Assembly: GCA_963722075.1 (NCBI GenBank)
Contig: CAVRJM010000001.1
Span: 736,001-800,000, forward strand
DNA: 64,000 bases
Direction: 5' to 3'
Source: Candidatus Babeliales bacterium
Lineage (GTDB): Bacteria > Babelota > Babeliae > Babelales > JANWKD01
Part shown: piece by piece, positions 20,601-30,565 of the stretch
Layout of the letters: the number at the start of each line of letters is the position of its first letter
Numbering within the stretch: the stretch's first letter is position 1
The notes under the pieces: generated by a model
Databases searched by the model: none
The model's input: only the letters and a program-made list of their open reading frames with translations
What the model was told of the DNA's origin: nothing
Program-made: the position numbers and the translations under genes

Positions 20601-21977
20601 GCTATTTTTGGTGAAAAATCACGTGAAGTACGTGATACTTCATTGAAAGTACCACCTGGGGTAGAAGGTACGGTTATTGACGTTAAAGTATTTTCTCGCA
20701 GTGGTGTAAGAAAAGACAAACGGTACAAAGATATCATTGCTAAACAAATTGAAAAATTGGAAGCTGAATTTGCCACACATCAAGAGTTTCTGCATAAAAT
20801 GGTAAGTCAAAAACTTATAGCATTCTTAGCTGGCCAAAAAGCATCAAGCAAAACTGCTGCAAAACTGCTTAAAAATGATAAATTTGATAAAGCAAAACTT
20901 GAACAACTTTCCCCGGTCGACTTACTTGCTTTGAAGCCTGAAGATAAAGAAGTTAACGAAGAAGTAAAAAAACTAAAAGACGCTTTAGAAAACCAGATCA
21001 GAATTCTTGCTGGACTTAAAGAAGAACGTATCAATCGCTTTAAAAAAGGTGATCCTTTACCTTCTGGTGTTATTAAAATGGTTAAAGTCTATATCGCAAG
21101 CAAGCGAAGTGTCGCTGTTGGTGATAAAGTTGCTGGTCGCCATGGTAATAAAGGCGTTGTGTCTATTATTTTACCACGCGAAGATATGCCTTATTTAGAT
21201 AATGGTACACCAGTAGATATCGTGCTTAACCCACTTGGTGTTCCTTCACGTATGAACGTAGGTCAAATTCTGGAAACAGTACTTGGATTTGCCGGCACTG
21301 AGCTTGGTAAAAAACTAGGTGAAACCTTAAAAACTGATTCCTATAAAAAAGTTAAAGAATTTCTTGCTAATTATTTTGGCAACGAAGTTATTAACCTCTA
21401 CGAGAAAGAACATGGTCAAGAAGGTGTAATGGCATTGGCTGAGCGAACTGCCGAATTTGGTGTATCATTTAAAACACCGGTATTTGACGGCGCTCACTAT
21501 GAAACAGATATCAAACCATTATTATCAGAACTTAATTTACCTGATAGTGGCACCTTCAAACTTCGTGATGGCAGAACAGGAAACTATTTTGATCAACCAG
21601 TAACCGTTGGTACCATCTATATGATGAAACTAAACCATATGGTTGATGATAAATTGCATGCGCGTTCAGTTGGACCATATTCCTTAGTAACACAGCAACC
21701 ACTCGGCGGTAAAGCACAAATGGGTGGTCAACGTTTTGGTGAAATGGAAATTTGGGCTCTTGAAGCATATGGTGCTGCATATACATTACAAGAAATGCTT
21801 ACCTACAAATCAGACGATATTAACGGTCGTCCAAAGGTATATGATGCTATTGTTCGTGGTGAGAAATTGCCTGAACCAGGATTGCCAGAAGCATTTAACG
21901 TATTGATTAAAGAATTACAAAGTTTAGGACTACAAGTGGATCTATTCAAAAGCGGCAAGGAGGAAGTAAGTGAATAA
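17655..21977 (+). CDS. rpoB: RNA polymerase beta subunit with Cys-rich N-terminal insertion
   Basis: QLHRSPG, SQFMDQTNPL, GDKVAGRHGNKG, GGQRFGEME. Confidence 0.99.
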   Translation: MSSLQLGAHIIRKSFGKIKDIVQVPDLIEIQSKSFNDFVQLDRLPSERTMIGLEKVLKDIFPIDYNDKMSLEYVSYELGSWSCTCNKLTGIVNRYTWHCSSCKKSDCSRLNDNLECPFCKKNTARYKTCSNCLSRVTVQLPMTLEECRSSGQTFSMPLKIKIQLISWDVNPSGQKVVRDIKEQDIFFADLPVMANLYEQDGVFKLGNLGTFLINGVDRVVVSQLHRSPGVVFAQSKKVKDIRGRPYYIARIIPMRGSWLDFEFDSNDLLYVRIDKKKKLLVTTFLQALGVTRDQIIPLFYNFDKINLQNNEFFKKVNTNLLGQRLEKGMVPEKEGAPFIGIRITKDILNQLKNAGIDKLALKKTHIINRVFASDVIDPDTGEIIIEQGQVVTEDLLSLLLKHKSLEFDLIASSGYVFQPTIALTLTQDRCYTQDEALKELHNKIWPGDSSSLKEIKERLESILFSSRLYDLTKVGRIRMNRKLGLSVAEDIEVLTREDIYATIKYLVNLRELGEGELDDIDHLGNRRVRLVGELLNNQLYLGFLRIERIVRERFRMQEFHGALMPQDFLNVKPLSAALREFFGTGQLSQFMDQTNPLAEIAHKRRLSALGPGGVLKDRATYEIRDVHTSHYGRICPIETPEGQTVGLISSLATYAMVNDLGFIETAYRPVEKGKIKDEVVFLDAFQENDKYIAQANTQQANATIKEDRVFARHEGNFMYVDTDKVDFIGLSPKELVSVSTALIPFLEHDDASRALMGSNMQRQAVPLIKCQPPVVGTGMEHEICKSSGAVIVAKRAGTVEYVSSEKIIIKCDEASFKNVEDWIEQGIDTYHLKKFQRSSYSTWIHHTPCVKRGDRVEAGTILTHGPAINSGELALGSNLLVAFMPWHGYNFEDAIVLSKRLVADDSLSSVHIDEYIVDARDTKLGPEEITKDIPNVSDTALSSLDEDGIVRIGTRVKAGDILVGKVTLKGDIQFSPEEKLLRAIFGEKSREVRDTSLKVPPGVEGTVIDVKVFSRSGVRKDKRYKDIIAKQIEKLEAEFATHQEFLHKMVSQKLIAFLAGQKASSKTAAKLLKNDKFDKAKLEQLSPVDLLALKPEDKEVNEEVKKLKDALENQIRILAGLKEERINRFKKGDPLPSGVIKMVKVYIASKRSVAVGDKVAGRHGNKGVVSIILPREDMPYLDNGTPVDIVLNPLGVPSRMNVGQILETVLGFAGTELGKKLGETLKTDSYKKVKEFLANYFGNEVINLYEKEHGQEGVMALAERTAEFGVSFKTPVFDGAHYETDIKPLLSELNLPDSGTFKLRDGRTGNYFDQPVTVGTIYMMKLNHMVDDKLHARSVGPYSLVTQQPLGGKAQMGGQRFGEMEIWALEAYGAAYTLQEMLTYKSDDINGRPKVYDAIVRGEKLPEPGLPEAFNVLIKELQSLGLQVDLFKSGKEEVSE

Positions 21978-24900
21978 TTCAATATTAAGCCGTTTTAGAG
22001 AATATATTAGCAGCGCTCAATTCAATGCTATGAGAATTTCTATTGCTTCTCCGGCAAAGATTAGATCGCTCTCTTATGGCGAAGTAAAGAAGATTGAAAC
22101 AATCAACTATCGAACCTTAAAACCAGAACGCGACGGCTTGTTTTGTGCGCGTATATTTGGTCCCGTTAAAGATTGGGAATGCAACTGCGGTAAATATAAA
22201 CGAATGAAACATCGTGGTGTTACCTGCGAAAAATGTGGTGTTGAAGTTATTCAATCACGGGTACGCCGTGAACGAATGGGTCACATTGAGCTTGTTGCTC
22301 CCGTAAGCCATATTTGGTACCTTAAAGGGGTTCCTAGCTATCTTAGCTTGATTATGGATATGTCGGTTAAGGATTTAGAACGCGTCATCTACTTTGACTG
22401 CTACATCGTTATTCATCAAGGAAATTCTCCTTACCCCCGTAAAACATTATTAACTAATGCTGATTACGAACAATATGTCGATACACACCCAGAAGATATC
22501 AATTTTGTTGCTGATAGTGGTGCTCAAGCAGTTAAAACAATTCTTTCTTTAGTAGATCTTAATCTTGAGATTTTAAAACTTGAAGAAGATTATCAAAAAA
22601 TATCTTCAGTTGCCATTCGCCACAAAATTATGCGTCGTATCAAAATCCTTACCGGATTGATGCATGCTAATATTAGCCCTTCCTGGATGGTTTTAGAAGT
22701 TTTACCCGTATTACCACCTGATTTACGACCATTAGTTCCTTTAGAGGGTGGTCGCTTTGCAAGCTCTGACTTAAATGAATTGTATCGCCGTGTTCTCAAC
22801 AGAAACATTCGTCTGCAAAGACTTATCGAAATTGAAGCTCCTGAAGTTATTATCAAAAATGAAAAACGAATGCTTCAAGAATCTGTAGATGCTTTAATTG
22901 ATAACGGAAGACGTGGTCAACCGGTACGCAGCAATCGCAGGGCGCTCAAATCATTAAGTGAGATGTTACGTGGTAAGCAAGGGCGCTTTAGACAAAATCT
23001 TCTTGGTAAACGAGTAGACTATTCTGGCCGTTCGGTGATTGTGGTTGATCCGGAATTAAAAATGGATCAATGCGGTCTTCCAAAAATTATGGCCTTAGAA
23101 CTATTCAAGCCTTTTGTTTATTCGGGATTAATTGAACGTGAATTTGCACCTAATTTGCGCGTAGCAAAAAAAATGGTTGAAGATTCCGATCCGCTTATTT
23201 GGGATGTGCTGGAAGAAGTGGTACACAATCGTCCTGTACTACTAAACCGTGCCCCTACCTTGCATCGTCTTGGTATTCAAGCATTTTATCCGATTTTAGT
23301 TGATGGAAAAGCGATCAAGATTCACCCATTAGTTTGTTATGCATTTAACGCTGACTTTGACGGTGACCAAATGGCTGTTCATATCCCATTAAATGATTTG
23401 GCACTACTTGAATCAGAAAATATTGTTCTTTCTACCAAAAATATTATTTCAGCAGGAAATGGTCGTCCCGTTACCGTACCTGATAAAGAAATGGTTCTTG
23501 GACTCCATTACATGACCAAAGTTCGGTGTAATGAGGTTGGTGAAGGAATTGTGTTCTCTTCAACTAAAGAAGTGGTTACCGCGTTCCAATTTGAAAAAGT
23601 TAATTTACATGCCCGTATTAAAGTACGTATCAACAATAAAATATATGATACCACTGCCGGCAGAGTATTGTTATTTGATGCGCTTCCTGAGGGATCAGAT
23701 TTTAATTGGGTAAATAAAGTCCTTAAAAAAAGCGACTTAGTAAGTTTAGTTGAAAAGATATATTACCGTTTTGGCAATGAACAAACCGTTCAATGCCTTG
23801 ATAAAATCAAAAAGCTTGGCTTCTATTATTCAACCATGAGTGGTATATCATTTGCAATTGATAACTTAGTAATACCTGCTTATAAAGATTCCATTATTAC
23901 CAAAACCGAACGTGAAGTTAATAAAGTTGAAAAACTATATATGGAAGGTGTTATTACTAACGGTGAACGCTATAATAAAGTTATCAGCTTATGGTTTCAT
24001 GCTACTGCTGATGTTGCAGGCGAAATGAGCAAGGAGTTAGAAAGCCAAAACCATCAATCATTCTTAAATGAAGATAAAGCATTTGAGCCTTTCAACCCTA
24101 TTTTTATGATGCTTGAATCTGGTGCGCGCGGTTCTAAAGATCAAATTAAGCAGCTTGTGGGTATGCGTGGACCAATGGCAAAACCATCTGGTGAAATTAT
24201 GGAAACACCAGTTATTAGTAATTTTAAAGAAGGCTTAAGTGAATTTGAATACTTTATTTCTACTCACGGTGCACGTAAAGGTCAGGCTGATACTGCGTTA
24301 AAAACAGCAAACTCTGGTTATCTTACCCGTCGACTTGTTGACGTTGCACAAGATGTGGTAACTACCATCCATGATTGTAAAACATTAGGCTATATTGAAT
24401 TAGAAGCGCTAAAAGAATCTGGCGATGTGCTTTCTCCGCTTTCCAATAGAAGTTATGGTCGTGTTTTAGCTGCAGATCTCAAAGATCCTGTTTCTGGACA
24501 ATTATTGTTTAAACAAGGCGATATTATAAAGCGTGAAGATTTAGAAACTATTGCAAATTCAGCAGCATCAAAAATGCTAGTCCGATCAGTACTCACTTGC
24601 CAGGCAAAACGTGGCGTATGCTCCCTTTGCTATGGCGTTGATCTTTCTAAAGGTAAGCTCATTGATGTAGGTGCTACGGTGGGAATTATCGCAGCACAAT
24701 CTATTGGTGAACCAGGAACACAGCTTACCATGAGAACGTTCCACATTGGTGGTACGGCTAGTGGTTTGGGTGATCAGCCATACATTACTGCAAAATACCC
24801 AGGAATCATCCAGTGGCGTAACATTCGTACCGTAAAAAATCGCGAAGGCCAAAACGTTGTAATGACACGCCAAGCACGGATGTTAATTCTATCTGAGGAT

Positions 24901-26079
24901 GGTCGAGAGCTACAACGAAATGAAATTGAATATGGCTCAGTTATTTTAGTTGAAGATGGAACTCACATTAAAGTTGGTCAAAAGCTAATAGAATGGGATG
25001 CCAATAGCCGTGTTATATTAACTGAGAAAGCTGGTACAGTTAAATATCTCGATCTTATTGAAAATATAACTATTCAAAATAGATTTGATAAAGCTACTAA
25101 TAAATCTACTAAGGTTATTCTTGATCATAAGGGTGAAAAATACCAGCCATCAATTAGTATTATTGATAACACCGGTGAAGAAATTGCTCAATATTATTTA
25201 CCAACCAGTTCATATGTGGTGGTTGAAGACAATCAATCAGTATCAGTTGGTGATATTTTAGTAAAAATGCCACGAGAAATCTCTAAAACTAAAGATATTA
25301 CCGGTGGTTTACCTGCTATTGCAGAACTCTTTGAAGCACGAGTACCTAAAGATCCTTCTATCATAGCAGATATTGATGGTGAGGTGGTCTTTGGTGGATT
25401 ACATCGCGGTCTTCGTAAAATAAGTATTGTAAATGGGTATGAAACCTTTGACTATTTTGTACCACGCGGTAAGCAAATAAACGTTGCCAATGGCGATCGC
25501 GTATCTGCTGGTGATGCATTAACGTCGGGAACTCCTGTTTTACATGATATTTTAAAAATACTTGGACCTGAAGCATTGCAAAGACATTTAGTTAATCGTA
25601 TTCAAGAAATATATTTACTCCAAGGAATTACGATTAATGACCGTCATATTGAGCTTATTGTTCGGCAAATGTTACGAAAAGTACGTATCGTTGATCAAGG
25701 GGATACCGATTTCCTTATTGGTGACCGTGTTGATCGTATTCATTTTAAATCAGTAAACTCAATTTTACAGGCAGAAGGCAAAAAGACCGCAACTGCTAAA
25801 CCAACGCTCATGGGACTTACGCTTGCTTCTTTAGCTACTGAAAGCTTTATTTCAGCAGCTTCGTTCCAAGAAACAACTAAGATTTTATCTGAAGCATCTG
25901 TTTCTGGTCAGATCGATAATTTATATGGATTAAAAGAAAATATAATTATCGGTAAAATAATACCAGCCGGTACCGGAATCAAGTCTTTTAGAGTTAAATA
26001 TCTAGGTGATAATGAGTCTGAGTTGGAACGTCAAGCAAAAGTAGAAGAAATGAGCGTATTACAAGAACTTGGTGGATAA
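21970..26079 (+). CDS. rpoC: RNA polymerase beta' subunit
   Basis: NADFDGDQM, N-terminal Zn finger; GTG start overlapping the end of rpoB. Confidence 0.99.
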   Translation: MNNSILSRFREYISSAQFNAMRISIASPAKIRSLSYGEVKKIETINYRTLKPERDGLFCARIFGPVKDWECNCGKYKRMKHRGVTCEKCGVEVIQSRVRRERMGHIELVAPVSHIWYLKGVPSYLSLIMDMSVKDLERVIYFDCYIVIHQGNSPYPRKTLLTNADYEQYVDTHPEDINFVADSGAQAVKTILSLVDLNLEILKLEEDYQKISSVAIRHKIMRRIKILTGLMHANISPSWMVLEVLPVLPPDLRPLVPLEGGRFASSDLNELYRRVLNRNIRLQRLIEIEAPEVIIKNEKRMLQESVDALIDNGRRGQPVRSNRRALKSLSEMLRGKQGRFRQNLLGKRVDYSGRSVIVVDPELKMDQCGLPKIMALELFKPFVYSGLIEREFAPNLRVAKKMVEDSDPLIWDVLEEVVHNRPVLLNRAPTLHRLGIQAFYPILVDGKAIKIHPLVCYAFNADFDGDQMAVHIPLNDLALLESENIVLSTKNIISAGNGRPVTVPDKEMVLGLHYMTKVRCNEVGEGIVFSSTKEVVTAFQFEKVNLHARIKVRINNKIYDTTAGRVLLFDALPEGSDFNWVNKVLKKSDLVSLVEKIYYRFGNEQTVQCLDKIKKLGFYYSTMSGISFAIDNLVIPAYKDSIITKTEREVNKVEKLYMEGVITNGERYNKVISLWFHATADVAGEMSKELESQNHQSFLNEDKAFEPFNPIFMMLESGARGSKDQIKQLVGMRGPMAKPSGEIMETPVISNFKEGLSEFEYFISTHGARKGQADTALKTANSGYLTRRLVDVAQDVVTTIHDCKTLGYIELEALKESGDVLSPLSNRSYGRVLAADLKDPVSGQLLFKQGDIIKREDLETIANSAASKMLVRSVLTCQAKRGVCSLCYGVDLSKGKLIDVGATVGIIAAQSIGEPGTQLTMRTFHIGGTASGLGDQPYITAKYPGIIQWRNIRTVKNREGQNVVMTRQARMLILSEDGRELQRNEIEYGSVILVEDGTHIKVGQKLIEWDANSRVILTEKAGTVKYLDLIENITIQNRFDKATNKSTKVILDHKGEKYQPSISIIDNTGEEIAQYYLPTSSYVVVEDNQSVSVGDILVKMPREISKTKDITGGLPAIAELFEARVPKDPSIIADIDGEVVFGGLHRGLRKISIVNGYETFDYFVPRGKQINVANGDRVSAGDALTSGTPVLHDILKILGPEALQRHLVNRIQEIYLLQGITINDRHIELIVRQMLRKVRIVDQGDTDFLIGDRVDRIHFKSVNSILQAEGKKTATAKPTLMGLTLASLATESFISAASFQETTKILSEASVSGQIDNLYGLKENIIIGKIIPAGTGIKSFRVKYLGDNESELERQAKVEEMSVLQELGG

Positions 26080-26087
26080 AAATGAAG

Positions 26088-26162
26088 AGGCGCGTAGCTC
26101 AGTGGCAGAGCATTGCTTTGACGTAGCAAGGGTCAGCGGTTCAAATCCGCTCGCGCCTACCA
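26088..26162 (+). tRNA. tRNA-Val(GAC)
   Basis: AGGCGCG/CGCGCCT, TT-GAC-GT loop, CCA. Confidence 0.95.
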
Positions 26163-26189
26163 GAGGTACATAATTTCATAAGGAATTTA

Positions 26190-26453
26190 ATGAATAAAGA
26201 ACTTAAAAAACAGTTAATACAAAAATTTAAACAAAGTGAAAAAGATACTGGATCTGTTGAATTGCAAATTGCTTTATTAACAAGTCGTATTGAAAGCTTA
26301 ACAAACCATTTTAAAACACATCGAAAAGATTTCGGCTCAAAGCAAGGTCTTTTTAAATTGGTAAGTCGTCGTAAAAAGTATTTACAATATTTAGAAAAAA
26401 ACGATATAGAAAAGTATAGAAATTTAATGGATCGCCTTGAGATTCGAAAATAA
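26190..26453 (+). CDS. rpsO: 30S ribosomal protein S15
   Basis: DTGSVELQIALLT, HRKD, RRKKYLQYL. Confidence 0.98.
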   Translation: MNKELKKQLIQKFKQSEKDTGSVELQIALLTSRIESLTNHFKTHRKDFGSKQGLFKLVSRRKKYLQYLEKNDIEKYRNLMDRLEIRK

Positions 26454-26483
26454 TAAGTTAACAAAAATGCATATAGGTTTTTA

Positions 26484-28574
26484 ATGGTACATAAATTCAA
26501 TTTAAAAGATTTTGATTACGAAGTAGAAATAGGTAAATTTGCAACTCAAGCTGATGGTGCAGTATGGTTTAAACAAGGAGGAACTGTTGTTTTAGCAACC
26601 GTTGTTTCTGCTCCTTCTTCAGAATTTCCAGGATTTTTACCATTAACAATCGAATATCGTGAGCAATTTGCTGCCGCTGGAAAGATTCCTGGCGGTTATT
26701 TTAAGCGAGAAGGTAAGTCTACTGATAAAGAAGTTTTAACAGGAAGGCTTATTGACCGCTCTTTAAGACCTTTATTTCCGGAAAACTATTTTAATCAAAT
26801 ACAAATTATTGTAACGGTCTATTCAGTCGATAAGGAACACCAACCTTCAACTATGGCTCTTTGCGCAGCATCGTTAGCACTATCAGTTTCAAAAATTCCA
26901 TTTTTAGGACCGGTGGGCGCCGTCGATATCGCCAGAGTAGATGGCAAGCTTATTTTAAATCCGCTTTACTCTGAATCACTGCAATCAGATATTCGTATTA
27001 CCGTGGCAGGAACCAAAGAAGGTATCAACATGGTTGAAGGTGGAACCAATGAGATTTCTGAACAAGAAATGGTTGATATGTTCTTTAAAGCCCATGCCCT
27101 TATTAAAGATCAAATTGCATGGCAAGAAAAAATTCAACAAGAAGTAGGCATCCCTAAAGAAGCGATTGTTGATACAATCAACTGGAATGAATGGAACAAT
27201 AAGTTTAATTCATTCTTAACCGAAGAGCGCGTTCGCTCTACTTTCATTGCCGATAAAGTTATTCGTAACCAGGCCCTTGATACCATTCGCGATGAATTTA
27301 AAAAGGAACATCAACAGCAAATTGAAGAACAAAAGATTAATGATAAAATTCTTGAATATCTCTTAGATGATGTCTTAAAGAAAAAGATCAACGATCTTAT
27401 ATTTAAACTTCAAAAGCGTATTGATGGCAGAACATTTGATCAAGTACGTTATGTTTCTACTGAAGTTGGCCTTTTACCTTTCACTCATGGATCAGCATTA
27501 TTTAATCGCGGCAGAACTCAGGCACTCGTCTCGGTAACCCTTGGTGGTGGGCAAGATGAACAAAAAGTTGAAGATCTTATGGGAAATACGGTTGAAAAAT
27601 CGTTTATGCTTCACTATAATTTCCCCCCCTTTTCAGTTGGTGAGGTACGCCCAATGCGTGGCCCCGGAAGACGAGAAATTGGCCATGGTCATCTAGCAGC
27701 TTCAGCTGTTGAACCAATGCTTCCTAAAAAAGATGCGTTCCCTTACACCATTCGTATCGTTGCCGATATGTTAGAATCTGATGGATCTACATCTATGGCA
27801 ACCGTCTGTGGTTCTACCATGAGCCTTATGAATGCCGGCGTTCCTATTAAAAAAATGGTAAGTGGTATTGCGATGGGCCTACTACAAAGCAATCAAGGTG
27901 ATTTTCAACCTATCAGTGATATTTGCGGTATTGAAGACGCATTTGGTTTAATGGATTTTAAAGTAGCTGGAACTGAAGACGGTATAACGGCGATCCAAAT
28001 GGATATCAAATATAAAGGCGGATTACCACGAGAAGTATTTCAAAAAGCTCTTGAACAGGCAAAAAAAGGACGTCTCCACATATTAAATGAGATGAAAAAA
28101 GTTATGTCCAAGCCAAATCCAACGCTTTCTGAATTAGTTCCACATATCATTTCATTTAAAGTACCTACTGATAAAATTGGTGCTATTATTGGTACTGGCG
28201 GTAAAACTATTCGCAGTATTATTGATAAAACCGGCGTTATGATTGATATTGAAGATGATGGTTTGGTAAAAATTTATGGCCACCCAGGTCCAAAAATGGA
28301 TTATGCAATCAATTGGGTTAAAGTGCTTGGCGGGCATATTGAAAAAGGTCAAATTTTCCACGGTAAAATTAAACGTATTGCTGAATTTGGTCTTTTTGTG
28401 GAAATGGTACCGGATTTTGATGGGCTTGTTCACATATCAATGATCCCAAAAAATAAGCAAGCAAACTTATCACGTGAATATAAGATTGATGAGCCAGCTA
28501 CAGTAGAAGTGCTTGATTATGATGAAAGTTCTGGCAGAGTTCGTCTTAAATTAGTTGAAGAAGATAAAAAATAA
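26484..28574 (+). CDS. pnp: Polyribonucleotide nucleotidyltransferase
   Basis: Two RNase PH domains (RREIGHG, DFKVAGT), KH and S1 domains. Confidence 0.98.
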   Translation: MVHKFNLKDFDYEVEIGKFATQADGAVWFKQGGTVVLATVVSAPSSEFPGFLPLTIEYREQFAAAGKIPGGYFKREGKSTDKEVLTGRLIDRSLRPLFPENYFNQIQIIVTVYSVDKEHQPSTMALCAASLALSVSKIPFLGPVGAVDIARVDGKLILNPLYSESLQSDIRITVAGTKEGINMVEGGTNEISEQEMVDMFFKAHALIKDQIAWQEKIQQEVGIPKEAIVDTINWNEWNNKFNSFLTEERVRSTFIADKVIRNQALDTIRDEFKKEHQQQIEEQKINDKILEYLLDDVLKKKINDLIFKLQKRIDGRTFDQVRYVSTEVGLLPFTHGSALFNRGRTQALVSVTLGGGQDEQKVEDLMGNTVEKSFMLHYNFPPFSVGEVRPMRGPGRREIGHGHLAASAVEPMLPKKDAFPYTIRIVADMLESDGSTSMATVCGSTMSLMNAGVPIKKMVSGIAMGLLQSNQGDFQPISDICGIEDAFGLMDFKVAGTEDGITAIQMDIKYKGGLPREVFQKALEQAKKGRLHILNEMKKVMSKPNPTLSELVPHIISFKVPTDKIGAIIGTGGKTIRSIIDKTGVMIDIEDDGLVKIYGHPGPKMDYAINWVKVLGGHIEKGQIFHGKIKRIAEFGLFVEMVPDFDGLVHISMIPKNKQANLSREYKIDEPATVEVLDYDESSGRVRLKLVEEDKK

Positions 28575-28597
28575 CGCTCAACTTAGGATTAAGTTAC

Positions 28598-29374
28598 ATG
28601 GTACGTGCTCATGGTCGTGCTCACGATCAATTAAGACCTATAAAAATTCATTATGATGTAGTAGATTATGCTGCTGCATCTCTATTATATGAGCAAGGAA
28701 GAACAAAAATATTATGCGCCATCACCTTACAAAATGGCGTTCCTCCTTTTTTAAAAGGTAAAAAAACGGGATGGGTAACTGCTGAGTATGCCATGTTACC
28801 AACGGCTACCCATATTCGTAAGGAACGAGACAATTCTCTACATAAACCTAATGGGCGCTCTATAGAAATTTCTCGCTTAATTGGGCGCACCTTTCGCTCT
28901 ATTCTTGATCTTGCTAAACTTGATGAGCGAACCATTATTATTGATTGTGATGTTATTCAAGCAGATGGTAGTACCCGCACTGCATGCATTACGGCCGGCT
29001 TTATTGCCCTCAAATGCGCTATGGATAGATGGTTAAATTCCGGCAAAATTGCACATAACATTATTCAAGAAGAATTAGCTGCAGTATCATTAGGAATTAG
29101 CAATAATGACATTTTATTAGATTTAGATTTTTCAGAAGATGCCCTCACTGATGCTGATTTTAATTTTATTATGACGCGCAGTGGTAAAATTGTAGAAATA
29201 CAAGGATCTGCCGAAAAACACCCCATTAATTGGCAAGATGTAGAAAAAATGCATAAACTTGCCTTGCAAGGAATCACTTCAATTTTTCAACTGGTTGAAG
29301 CACCATCGATGCCGCCTCCGGCAAGCAAAATACCTTTTAATGGTATTAGAATTCGCCCTGAACAAGCTACCTAA
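28598..29374 (+). CDS. rph: Ribonuclease PH
   Basis: GWVTAEYAMLP, GRSIEISRLIGR, QADGSTRTA. Confidence 0.96.
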   Translation: MVRAHGRAHDQLRPIKIHYDVVDYAAASLLYEQGRTKILCAITLQNGVPPFLKGKKTGWVTAEYAMLPTATHIRKERDNSLHKPNGRSIEISRLIGRTFRSILDLAKLDERTIIIDCDVIQADGSTRTACITAGFIALKCAMDRWLNSGKIAHNIIQEELAAVSLGISNNDILLDLDFSEDALTDADFNFIMTRSGKIVEIQGSAEKHPINWQDVEKMHKLALQGITSIFQLVEAPSMPPPASKIPFNGIRIRPEQAT

Positions 29375-29378
29375 TAAT

Positions 29379-30290
29379 ATGGATTTAGTTACCTTTCTTC
29401 ACCAGGAACCTAATCTAACAAATCCTCCTTTGTGTTTTACGAGCACCCAACAAATACCGTTTCTTTTTTCTTTAATTCAAAAAAAATTACGTGGTCATTT
29501 TGATTCATTAGTACATATTGATACCATTGAAAGTGAATCTGCCTTAAAAGCACTCCTGGAAATTTCATTTCTAGATACCAAAACCTTTTATTGGCTCTCA
29601 GAAGAAATTATTACTAAATATCCCTTTTTAACAAAATATCTCCTTACTTATAAAGGGCCACATACAATAGGATTTTTTAGCAGTAAACCCCCTAATATAA
29701 ATCCAATAATACAAATACCGTTACAATTGGATATCAATTCGTATCAACATCTTTTTGCCTTTATGTACCCTACACCAGCTAAAAAAAAAGAAACTATTAC
29801 TCAAAAAGTGTTTGATTTATATAAGACTATTCCTTTTAGTGGTGCTTTTCTTTTAATGCACTATACCCAATTAATTGGCAATAAAAGTGAAACTTTTATT
29901 CAAGAATGGCTTCCTTCCATCATCCAACCAGAAAAATCGTTATTCAACTTGAGTGGTTATTTTTTTGCAAAAAAAACATCATTGTTCTTTGAGCAATGGC
30001 AGCTTATTGAATCTGATTATTCTGAACTTTTTTGGATTACCTACTGGTCAGAGCAACTCTTTAAAGCGTACGCTTATATTCAGTTACAAAAAGCACAACA
30101 GCTAAGAGCTGCTAAGCAAATTGCGTATCGCCTTCCTTTTTCTTTTATACAAAAAGATTGGAAGAATCTTTCCTTAATGGAATTAAAAAAAGCACATAAT
30201 CATATTTATACGTTAGATTGGAATATCAAAAATGGGCTTTCCGGTAATTTTGAACATTTTTACAGCCAATTTTTTTTAAATAGGTTGTAA
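29379..30290 (+). CDS. Possible divergent DNA polymerase III delta subunit
   Basis: About 300 aa; SFLDTK and SLFNLSGYF segments and C-terminal ...IYTLDWNIKNG resemble HolA; ATG 29379 just after the rph stop. Confidence 0.5.
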   Translation: MDLVTFLHQEPNLTNPPLCFTSTQQIPFLFSLIQKKLRGHFDSLVHIDTIESESALKALLEISFLDTKTFYWLSEEIITKYPFLTKYLLTYKGPHTIGFFSSKPPNINPIIQIPLQLDINSYQHLFAFMYPTPAKKKETITQKVFDLYKTIPFSGAFLLMHYTQLIGNKSETFIQEWLPSIIQPEKSLFNLSGYFFAKKTSLFFEQWQLIESDYSELFWITYWSEQLFKAYAYIQLQKAQQLRAAKQIAYRLPFSFIQKDWKNLSLMELKKAHNHIYTLDWNIKNGLSGNFEHFYSQFFLNRL

Positions 30291-30565
30291 ACAAACTTAG
30301 GCGTCAGGAATAATACTCATTTATAAAGTATTCGCATTCTAAACTTGCTTTATGAATACAATAAAATATACTCTTGCTAGCACAGTAAACCATTATACAT
30401 AAAGGAGTTTCCAATGATAAAAAAACTAATTATCATAACACTTAGTATTGAGTACTATAAAGAAGCAAAATATCACGCGCAAGGCTACTATAAGCAGGAA
30501 CAAGCCGATATTGATTTTTTCACTACAACTATTTCAGATCTTGACCTTAAATTAGTTTTTAATAT

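Noticed and set aside
17210..29277. Short antisense or off-frame ORFs within rplL, rpoB, rpoC, rpsO, pnp and rph
   Set aside because: Overlap well-supported genes and show no independent motifs
29259..29378. TTG-started N-terminal extension of the HolA-like ORF
   Set aside because: Overlaps the end of rph; ATG 29379 fits better
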